This document shows positions 52,821 through 64,000 of a stretch of 64,000 bases of DNA, one piece after another. The first letter of the stretch is position 1, and each line of letters opens with the position of its first letter. Both the position numbers and the translations under genes were made by a program. The notes under the pieces are model-generated. The model was given only the letters and a program-made list of their open reading frames with translations, was not told the DNA's origin and did not search any database. Source of the DNA: the human T2T-CHM13v2.0 reference genome, Homo sapiens; NCBI RefSeq assembly GCF_009914755.1, contig NC_060928.1; one strand, 5' to 3'.

Positions 52821-53936
52821 GTACTGCCAATTAGCTGGAAAATCAGATTTCTATATTTACAATAAAGTTTTTACGGCCACTTACTGCAAATGGCATAATT
52901 TACTAGTCAACAAATTTAAAAAGTAACTTTGCCTTTGTCAAGAATGAAATTATAAATGCTATTTATATAGGAATAACATGATCTCCTGTAGAAATCTAGA
53001 GCAAAAAAAGTATAATGATATATATTTATGGTATTTTCAAATTTACAGGGCGGTTTCAAATACATTATTTAATTTTCTCCTCATTCCTATGTTTGTCAGG
53101 CAAAGGAGAGACTATTCCTATTTTTTGGGAAGAAAAGGACTTTGATTCTAGTAAGTTTATGGCACCTGCTTAAAAATAATGTTTGTTCGCAAAGCTGCTA
53201 TAGTCACGGTATAACTTAATATTATAGAAAATTCTTTGGTGAAAAATAATTTGATAAAACTTACATAACATTGGCAAAGGTGTTGCTGCTCAAATTTATG
53301 TGAGCTCTCCAAGTTTTCCCTGTACAGTTACGAACATATTTTAAGGTGTTCTGGTTTGAGGCTAAAATAATTTTCTGTTATTTGTAGTTTTGCATTTAAG
53401 AAAGTTTTCTAGGCCCTAGATTGAATGAACAGAACATATTTGGAGAAATTATCTTAACTTTTATATTTTCCATATATGTGGATAATCATTAGCTTTAATT
53501 AGTTATTTCATAAATATTCTGGACAAACTCCTATCTCATTGAACTTTAATAGGCAACTCACCCTGATGATATAAAGGTGAATCATGTAGTTTCCATTATG
53601 AGATAGAAGCTTGAATTTCTGTGACTTAGGCCTGACACCTGTTACACGTTTGTCTTTCCTGCAGTTAAAATGGAAACATCTGTGGCTATAATCACAGAGA
53701 CAACCAGACCTGGGCTTAAATGACATGCTTGGAATTATGGTTCCAGTTTTATTTCTCCTCAGTTGGATATTCTATTAGACCTTTTAATTATATGTCATCC
53801 CTCTCATAAAATTGAGAATCACCGACACTTTTTACAACCTCCTTGTTCTCATATGTAAAAATCTGTTGTTATGATTAAGATCACGCATGAAAAGTGTAAC
53901 TGTACCTCATTTTTCCTACTTACTATCACACATTAA

Positions 53937-54278
<342 letters not shown>

Positions 54279-54469
54279 TTAGGAGCTTAATAAATCCTTG
54301 GTGAATAAGTCATTAACAATTGTTCTAAAATATCCTCTAGTTTTATCCGTAAGAAACAGAGGATATGGCTGGTCTGGGAAAAGTATCCTAAATAATTCTA
54401 TGGTGATTGCATCTACATAAAAAAGAGCTTTTACCCATTGTTCAAATACAGAACATTTCACAAGAGGTT

Positions 54470-55500
54470 TTTTAAACTAAGCATTTTATTTTATAACAGT
54501 TTTAGATTTACAAAACCTACAATTTTGTTACACATATTCCACAACCAGATTTCCCTATTGCCAACACCTTACATTGTTCCGATATATTCATCACGAGTAA
54601 TGAACTAATATTAATAAATTATTATTTACTCAAACCCATACTTTATTCAGATTTTATTAGTTTTTCCTTAATGAGATTTTTCTGTTCTGAGGTACCATGT
54701 TATATTTAACCATCATATCTTGTAAGGCTTTTCTTGGTAAAGACAGTTTCTCAGACTTCCTGGTTTTGATGACCTTGATAGTTTAGAGGAGTAATTATCA
54801 GGTATTTTGTAGAAGGTCCCTCAAATTGGTTTTGTCTGATGTTAGTCTCTTGGTTAGACTGAGGTTATATGGTTTTGGAAAGAAAACCACAGAAGTAAAG
54901 TAGGATTTGCATCACGTTATCTTGAGATTACATTCTATCAATATGCATTACTACTGTTGATATTAACTTTGACACATGGTGGTGGTAATGTTTGCCGTGT
55001 TTCTTCATTGTAAAGTTATTACCCCCTTTCCATACTCTACTGTTTGGAAGCAAGTCACCGTGTGACCCACATTTAAGGAGCGCGGGGTTATGCCCCACCT
55101 CCTTGAAAGGGGATATACACATAAGCTGGAGTTTTTGTAACCATGAGATTTTTCTCTTTTCTTCCATGTATTCAAATTTTTATTTATATTAGTATGGATG
55201 TTTATTATGTATCTTTATAATTAAAAATATACTATAGGCTACAATATAGCAATACATTATTTTATTGCTCACATTGTTCTATCTTTGACTACTGGAAGCT
55301 CTTTCAGTTGGCTCCTGTGCCACTTTGATATACCTCCATGCTCTTAGTTTTGAGGACTGCTTTACTTTCTGGTGCTATGAGATGCTCAAGACTCATATTG
55401 TATATTTCCTCTCCCAGTCCTTGAATTAGCCATGTCTCTAAGGAGCACCGGTCCTTTTACTGGACAATAGTATCAGAAATCAAGATTTGAGCACTGGGTT
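54470..55500 (-). mobile_element. L1MC-type 3' UTR fragment
   Basis: gacagtttctcagacttcc..ttttgatgaccttga...ggtattttgtagaa..tccctcaa; ggaagctctttcagttggctcctgtg. Confidence 0.7.
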
Positions 55501-55974
55501 CACATCACATTTATCGTTGAATGCTAGTCCTAGAATATCCATGAGAAAAGCTCTGTCAATTATTCCTAATAGTTTCACCAAAATTGTATCTATGTATATA
55601 ATACATAGTCTCACCAAAATTATACCATAATGTATATTATACTCAAATTTTGGATAGATTATAAAAACAAGAGATCTTTTCTATGAAATGAAAATATTGT
55701 TCATTTTGAAGGATCATTAACACAACATAAATATACAAGGCCAATATTGATTGCTGCAGTTTAAATCCTTAGGAGAATCCACATTTTTGTGATGCATATC
55801 AATATTTTCTCAAAGATTGAAAAACTACTTTCAGCGATTTGTGCTATGATGACTAAAATTTTCCCTCTTAACACTAGAGAATGTACTTTTTTCTGAGATT
55901 TCATGGCAGTATTTTTGATTATATACACTACCACTAAGGTAAGGAGAAACAAATTGAAGATATAAAACAGACAC

Positions 55975-56693
55975 GCTCAACATCACTAATGATCAGAGAA
56001 ATGCAAATCAAAACCACAATGTGATACCACCTTGCTCCTGCAAGAATGGCCATAATCAAGAAATCAAAAAATAATAGGTGTTGATGTGCCTGTGGTGAAA
56101 AGGGAACACTTCTACACTGCTGGTGGGAATGCAAACTAGTGTAACCACTGTGGAAAACAGTGTGCAGACTCCTTAAAGAACTAAAAGTAGAACCACCATT
56201 TGATCAAGCAATCCCACTACTGGGTTTCTACCCAGAGGAAAATAAGTCACGAGATGAGATTGTCTTTTCTTTTTTTTTTTTTGAGATACGAGTTTCACTC
56301 TTGTTGCCCGGGCTGGAGTGCAAAGGCGCAATCTTGGCTCACCACAACTTCTGCCTCCTGGGTTCAAGTGATTCTCCTGCCTCAGCCTCCTGAGTAGCTG
56401 AGATTACAGGCATGTGCCACCACACCCGGCTAATTTTGTATTTTCAGTAGAGATGGGGTTTCTCCATGTTGGTCAGGCTGTTCTTGAACTCCTGACCTTA
56501 TGTGATCAGCCTGCCTCAGCCTCCCAAAGTGCTGAAATTACAGGTGTGAGCCACCACGCTTGGCCAGAAGTCATGAGATTTATACAAAAAAAGATACTTG
56601 CACATGCATATTTATAGCAGCACAATTTGCAATTGCAAAAATATGGAAACAGCCCAAATGCCCATCAATCAACAAGTGGATAAAGAAATTGTG

Positions 56694-56733
<40 letters not shown>
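55975..56733 (+). mobile_element. L1PB-type ORF2 C-terminal fragment ending in (CA)n, interrupted by an Alu
   Basis: Closely parallels 30545-30935 (gcacaatttgcaattgcaaaaatatggaaacagcccaaatg). Confidence 0.9.
56264..56565 (-). mobile_element. AluSp/Sq-like element
   Basis: gagtttcactcttgttgccc and tctccatgttggtcaggct motifs. Confidence 0.92.
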
Positions 56734-56737
<4 letters not shown>

Positions 56738-57053
56738 GCTTGGAGCAAACACAGTTTGTGGGTAATTAACATTGTTGACTCCCCGGGTAGAGAGCAGTCC
56801 TGAGCACCTGAGCACGAATGATCAAAGGTTGGTTTCTGGATAAAGGAGTCAACAAAGGTATCTAGATAAGTTACTTTACATTCTCTTGTTATCTAACCTT
56901 TGCCCTCAGACTCCAGATAAGAGAATCAGCTGTCTTCAGCCATAGTTCTCTCTTGAAGCTTTTGCAAAACCTCCCGGCCTTCCAGGAAGGTTTGCATCTT
57001 TCCCTGTAACTTTTTCTTATAACTCTTCCCACCACCCTGACCAATCTCCTATA
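56734..57053 (-). mobile_element. Partial LTR22-like (HERV-K22/HML-5) LTR, 5' part only
   Basis: Minus strand starts tataggagattggtcagggtggtgggaa...gaaagatgcaaaccttcctggaaggccgggaggttttgcaaaagcttc. Confidence 0.75.
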
Positions 57054-58464
57054 TAGTTATATAAAAAATATAGAAAGCTTATTTATTTACTGCTGGTTTA
57101 GACTCTGTCATCAGTAAATGCCTTTTTCTTACCTTGCCTCTGTTTCCCATTATAAGAGAAGAGAAACAAGCATTACTTGCTTATTTGCTTTAGTGTCTTT
57201 CTTATTCAAAGTGTTTCTTAAGGTTCAATAGTTGTAACTTTTAAAGATGAATAAATGGATGTCTAGCACTGCCTTTGATGCCAAAAGAGCGTCATTTGAA
57301 TTAAGATACCACTCGGTAAAAGTGTCTATTTTCTTTAATTTTATACTCAGAAAAATGGAAATATAAATTCAAATGTGTAACCCTGTCCTCTATAAAATGA
57401 AGATGAATTAATCATGAAATGATTTTTCAAGTCCCGTCTAGTTTTTAAAATTTAGTAAGTCTACAGAGACACTTAAATGTAATGGTTACATATTCTGTTA
57501 AGGATTCTGCAGTCATTATAAACGTGGATATTTTCAGAACAAATAAAGAAAAATTCAGTTTTTCACTTTATACGGGCCACAGTGACATGGGCTATGTCAC
57601 TATCTCCTTTGCAAAGTTGAAATATGTTTCAAGAGTTTAATCTTACTAATTGATTTAGGAGTTTGAACTTACTGACTTATTTGTCGATTTACTGTTGATT
57701 GCTTTTGCTCTCTAGTGGCTGAAGATTTGAGAATCAGCAACATCTCAAGAAGGCAGAAAAAATACTATTATAATAAGATAGGGATATGATTACAACAGAA
57801 ATAATTTCTCTCATTTCTTTTATTACCATTTCCCTACTGCCTCTTAGACCTATTATGAACTGTTTTAGAGTCTGTGTGTTGTATCCCAGCACTCATTTCT
57901 CATGATCTCTCCTGATTTCTTATGTGGTTTCCTAGTAGATATTCCAAACATAAATGTAGAAATCTGCACCAAAAACCAAAACGCAGCATTGTATATTGAT
58001 TTGTGTTTTAAGAGAGACCTGAATTTACCCAATTCTGATGACCAATCATTATTTTACAGTAGAGAAAGGTATTCAGATATTCGTTTTTTGTATTCTGATG
58101 AAATGTTAGTTTATTGAGAGGCATAAGGAGAACTCAAGAGATGTCTATTTTAATTGAAGGGAAAAAACCTGAAAAGAATGAGGGTTGAAAGAAAGGCAAT
58201 AATCATTATATGCTTAATCTCCCATCCAAAAGGGAAGAAATATATATGAGTTCTCATTTCAAGATGCATGTTGTGCGGAATCAAGACCATTTTTGGTTTT
58301 TAAGTTTCTATGGATAAAGGCTGAGAAGAGAAAAGGAAAAAACAGATTTTTACAGTGCCTATGATATCCTTAGAAAATCGACTTGCTTTACAAAAAATAA
58401 AATTATAAACACAGCCTCTAAAATATATCAATTATATATATAATTAGAATTATTATTCAGTTTG

Positions 58465-59190
58465 CTAAAAAGGTGATTCTTTCATTTGCAACAACATGGA
58501 TGAAACTGGAGGATGGCCAGGCAAGGTGGGCTCATGCCTGTAATTGCAGCAGTCAGATCACCTGAGGTCAGGAGTTCGAGACCAGCCTGGCCACCATGGC
58601 AAAACCCTGTTTCTACTAAAAATACACAAAAACATTAGCTGGACGTGGTGGCGGGTGCCTGTAATCCCAGCTACTCAGGAGGCTGAGGCAGGAGGATCGC
58701 TTGAACCTGGGAGGCAGAGGTTGTAGTGAGCCGAGATCATGAGATCATGCTACTGCACTCCAGCCTGAGCAACAGAGCCAAACTCCCTCTAAAAAAAAAA
58801 AAAAAAAAAAAAAGAATCTGGAGGACATTATGTTAAGTGAAATAAGCCAAATATGGGGGGAAAAAAACCATACTGCAAAACAACAACAAAAAAACGTTGA
58901 GTAGATCGAAACAGAGAACAGAATGGTGGGGGTGGGGTGGGAGTGGGAATGGGAAGATATAGGTCAAAGGGTACAAAGTAGCAGTAATGTAGAATGAACG
59001 AATGTAGAGAACTAAAGTACAGCATGATGTCTGTTGTTAATAATATTGTATTATATTGTATTGTATGTTGAAAATTTTTCAAGAGGTAAGTATTTGAGAT
59101 AATATACATGTTACATTGTTTACCTCCAGTAATTATTTCACTGTGCGTATACACCAAAACATCATGTTGTTTACCTAAAATTTAAACAAA
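58465..59190 (+). mobile_element. L1MA-type 3' end interrupted by an Alu
   Basis: tcatttgcaacaacatggatgaaactggagga|cattatgttaagtgaaataagcca...ggtcaaagggtacaaagtagcag. Confidence 0.85.
58515..58813 (+). mobile_element. AluS with left-arm deletion
   Basis: Missing ctttgggaggccgagg; gagatcat duplicated; ctggagga on both flanks. Confidence 0.92.
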
Positions 59191-59949
59191 CAATTTTTTA
59201 TTATCTTATAATGGTACTATAGTGTATAGGTAATTATCATCTCCTTGATAGAAACTTTACAAGACTTTAATAATTTTCCTGTACATTTGTTTTACTTTGT
59301 TGCAGATAACTAGATGCTTGGGTTACGGTGACTATTTTTGACTATTTCTGTATTAAAATATTCAATATTTCTCTTGTTAACTGTGTCAACAAGTAAAATG
59401 AGAGTTTTAGTTGGAAAAATGATGGAGAGTAAACTCTCTATTTTACTCTTCATAGTTGTACTGGCATTTGTCTTTGATAAACGATGATAGCCTTCGTCTT
59501 GCTCATAATAAGCTATGCAAAAGTACCTATATCAAGCCGACTTGCATGCATTCTGATGGTCTCTTTCCCAATTTAAATGGGAAAGTAGGCCTAGGGGCAT
59601 AAGTTCATTTTTCTTTCATTTCCTTTACCTGTCCCAATTTTTTCTAAAAATTTTTTACTCTAGATCTTCTTTTCTATTATTTTTTCTTTATATTCTTAGA
59701 CTAGTCTTCCTGTTTTTTTTTTTTTTCAAATTATGCTCAACATGGCATTCAGTAGTCCATGCATATATGTTTGAATTTCAAGTAAAAAAATGGAAATAAC
59801 TATATTTTCTTTTGCAAAAGCCAAAGGAATTCAAATGTATTGATTTTATACTTAGTATAATTCAGAAACTGATATTTTATGTTTGGTAAGCTTGGCATTA
59901 ACAAGCCATAGGCTTTGCACCTATCAATTCTAATCACTGAGATTCTTTT

Positions 59950-60310
59950 TTAAACATTTTTATAATGTTTAAAAAACATACATTTTAAAATTGACATACA
60001 ATATCTTACATATTTAAAAGCATGATATTTTGAAACACATATATAATGTGTAATGATCAAATCAGGGTAGTTAGCACATCTATCATCTCAAACCTTTACC
60101 ATTTCTTTGTGATAACATTCAAAATTTTCTCTTTCGGCTATTAAAAAAATACAGCAAATTATTGTTTACTGTAGTTATCTCACAGTGCTATAGAGATCTA
60201 CACCTTGTTCTCCCTGTTTAACTGTAATGTTGTGTGCTTTAACCAACCTCTCCCTCTTCCCTACCCTTTTCAGCCTCTAGTAACCACTCTTCTACTCTCT
60301 ACTTCTTAAT
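59950..60310 (-). mobile_element. L1MA-type 3' end
   Basis: aatgtgtaatgatcaaatcagggtagttagcacatctatcatctcaaac...cagcctctagtaaccact. Confidence 0.8.
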
Positions 60311-60641
60311 CACTGGAATTCTAATTTCTCAGAAGTAAAAGGAGTATTTGAGCCTGTGATTATGATCTTTTTTCAAATTTAATATTTAATACAGAAGAGA
60401 AAATAATATGAATTTAAATATAATTTTAGGAAATCTAATACAAACATATTATAGACAATTTAGAAGATAAACATTATTTACACTTGCCTCACTGTCATAT
60501 AGCCATGGACAGAAATGTGGGAGTATCAATCAAATGCATATACAGATGATAAAAATCATGTGCTTATTCCTGTAATAGTTCCTGCATCAAATAGTACTTA
60601 ATAAGTACTTTATTTCCTCTTTTCTTTCCATTTCATTATGA

Positions 60642-61085
<444 letters not shown>

Positions 61086-61499
61086 TGAATTAATTATATG
61101 TTTAAATAAATGGTATTGAGTTAGTATTCCTAGTTTTATTGCCTGGATATACATGATGTATTCTCACCTATTTTACCATATATTTTGACCTTCTTTTACC
61201 CTTTGTTTTGATTTCTTTATTTTTTATAATCATATTGAAGTGGATATACTTCTCTAAGCTATCACAAAATCTTTAAGATATGACAGAGTGTAAATAAATA
61301 ACAGACACATATTCCCTTCATTCTAATACTTGATGAATTCTCCAATTTAATTCATATTTTTAGGTCACTATGAAAGTCTCTTTCTAACAAACACCTCAAA
61401 TAACACCCACTTTTGCCATCATTAAAATCATTCTAATTGGTTATGCATTTATAAAAAATGGTGTCTGGAGGATCTGCTAACTGGTTCATATGACAGGAC

Positions 61500-62040
61500 A
61501 CCACAAGATTACTCTTTGAACAATGCCAATTTAATCAGGCCACTCTCATTCATAAATTCAATATTATCAACATAGTCAAGGTCAAAAGCTTTAATATGGC
61601 ATAAATATTCCTTAGTGATTTGTTTCCTTAGCTTTTAGGAAGCTTATTTCCTGCCCTACCCTTCTGTCTACCTTATATTCCACTCACATAGATCAATCTA
61701 CAATTTTCTCAGCAGTTATTGTGTTCCTGAATGCCTCCATATAGTCTCTAGGTATAAAGGCACCACATCCGAAACCGGGAAAGAAACCTATGAAATCTCT
61801 CTCTCTCTCGAAATTCAATTTGTATTAGTACATGTGTAGCTTTTCTTAATTCCTCAGGCAGAATTATTTAATTCTTTTGTGTTCACATAGTGCCTACTCA
61901 TATCTTTCTTATGGCATCTATCAGCCTGCATTTTATTTATGTCTTACTTCTTCTCAATAAACTGTAAACTGAAGCTAAAGCCCTAAGTACGACTCCACAA
62001 ATGTCAAAAGAATGAATGAATAAGCAAAAATAAAGAAATG
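61500..62040 (+). mobile_element. Degenerate L2 3' region
   Basis: L2-like motifs (aaagctttaatatggcata, actgtaaact) ending in gaatgaatgaataag. Confidence 0.5.
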
Positions 62041-62440
62041 AGAAAGAAAATATTTCATTTTAGGTATCAAGGTAAATGAGAACTTTTAATAGACTATAAA
62101 CACAAATTAACTTTTTTCTTTCATCATAGAGAATGAAAGAAATCACAAATAGAAACTAGCACACCATGGACACACAAACCTGTGTTTAGAGAACTTGAAG
62201 AAAAATGGTTTCACTAGCATTCCATTAAAATAAATGATTTTATTTACTCTCAACTGACTTTTAATACACTATAATGGAAAAATATGAAAAAATATATTGT
62301 TTTCAGTTTATTACTCAGTTTCATAAACTTTTGACAGAATACAGTTTCAAAATTGAATAAAAGGGCCAGAACTGATACATCTTAGTTAGAAAATCAATGT
62401 TTAAATACCTAAAATATTTAAAACTGATAGTCCCTTGGCT

Positions 62441-62443
62441 ACA

Positions 62444-62505
<62 letters not shown>

Positions 62506-62534
62506 GAGAGAGAGAAGCATGGGAACAAATACAG

Positions 62535-62575
<41 letters not shown>
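62441..62575. repeat. Compound (CA)n-(GA)n-(CA)n microsatellite
   Basis: Directly visible. Confidence 0.95.
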
Positions 62576-62577
<2 letters not shown>

Positions 62578-64000
62578 TACATATGAGGCTTTTGAGTTTC
62601 CCTGCAGGATAAATGAATCTATTAGTAACTCATTTTGTTCTGTTACAGACAATTTAACATTTTTAACATTCAGTTGATATGCTGTGTTAGAATAAATCTA
62701 GCCGAATAAGTAGTGCAGATTGCTTCTTTATGACTTATTTGTTGCAGGTTTTATTGATCCTCTCTTCTTGACCTCAATGAAAACCAAAGAAAATATTAAG
62801 AAACAAGTCAAAAAGGAGATATAAAAGTCAAAAAGTAACATACTTATTGGCCTGGAGAATTATAGTTTCAATAGAAACTGGAGAGTAGGAGTCAGAGTCA
62901 AAATAATTAGATTGAAAGTGAAGGTTTTATTCTCATACCTTTGACACTAGAAAAGGCAGGATGGATAGAAAATAATTTGGACACTTCAGGAAATGAGAGG
63001 AAATTACTTTCACAACCTACATGTACCTGAGAGCCCACTTTTCACACTCTGCAGGAAGGAAAGTCAGACAAAAAAGCAACTGATTAGATTTCTTCTAGCT
63101 TAGTTATTTTGTATTTGCAATGTTTTCTTAACTGCTGTGACCTTAGGACTGCAACATTTTATACATTGTGTTTGCAAAGAGTGCAAAGAGAGCCTCTGCT
63201 ACTAAGGGACTAATTTTAAGAATAGGAAGATGTACTTGATGAAAACCTTAACAATGAACTGGTAAACATTGGAGCAATATTATCTTTAGGTTATTTGAGA
63301 GCCTATGAAAAACTGGAATAAATTAATTTAAAGACTAGAAACCAGACATCCCTCTTGGGTATACATTTTGAAGACACTGAGCCATAAAAGGAAAGGTATT
63401 TACATCTTATTGTGCTGCTCCTTAGCCTTCATTTAGGTGATATATTGTAATGATACCCTGGTCTAAATGCAAAAGAAATGACTGATGATGCTTTTAACGC
63501 TCAAGAATGAAAAGTTAATCATGTCACAATAGTAATTCCATTTAAAATATGCCATGGACCTTTGATGACCACTTGAAATTTTTCTCAGGGAAAATATGCT
63601 TATATAACATCACAGTAAATAAGATTGGAAATATCATAACTGGTCATAACAATTGCTAATAAAATTATATGAAATACTACACATCCTTTGTGTTCAGAAA
63701 CTATTAAGGTTAATGGGAATAACTTAGCAGGTAGAAATGGAAGCTAGAAGGCATTTGAACACTTTAGAAACATCATGGGCATAAGCAGAATCAATAGGAC
63801 TTGAGCCATATGTTGTATGTGCATCTGTCCTTGTAAATGGCTATAATTTGACATAAAAATGGGTTTTTCTCTCATCCTAGCTACCGGTTTCTTTCTGGTT
63901 GTGAGTCACTATAGAAATAATAATATCAAAAACATTATGCCATTATTCTTTATGAAAATACTGTGACTACAAAATGCTATATTTTAAAAATCAATTTATC

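Noticed and set aside
62321-62677. Overlapping ORFs rich in HT or CV
   Set aside because: Translations of the (CA)n/(TG)n microsatellite.

Overview
AT-rich, repeat-dense primate DNA, almost certainly human because it carries an AluYb8 and an AluYa5-lineage element. I cannot support any protein-coding exon, RNA gene or CpG island. Nearly all ORFs in the track are Alu, L1, THE1 or microsatellite read-throughs. The window holds a near full-length L1PB1 (22589-31621) containing a complete THE1 provirus, a truncated Alu, a minisatellite and a ~75 bp mitochondrial ND5 insert (NUMT). It also has a 3'-truncated older L1, several other L1 fragments, 13 Alus, LTRs (MER11, LTR22, THE1, MST, MLT1, an ERV1-type LTR), DNA-transposon relics (MER20, MER58A, MER3, Tigger4, MER44) and a possible ancient RTE-clade LINE fragment. 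I found no convincing new biological system. The most notable non-standard signals are small DNA-repair or template-switch scars: the NUMT, a 160 bp dispersed duplication of an L1/flank junction, a templated insertion copied from 1.2 kb away, a micro-inversion in L1 ORF1 and an inverted duplication inside an Alu. Repeat subfamily names come from remembered consensus motifs, not database searches. Boundaries of old repeats are approximate.
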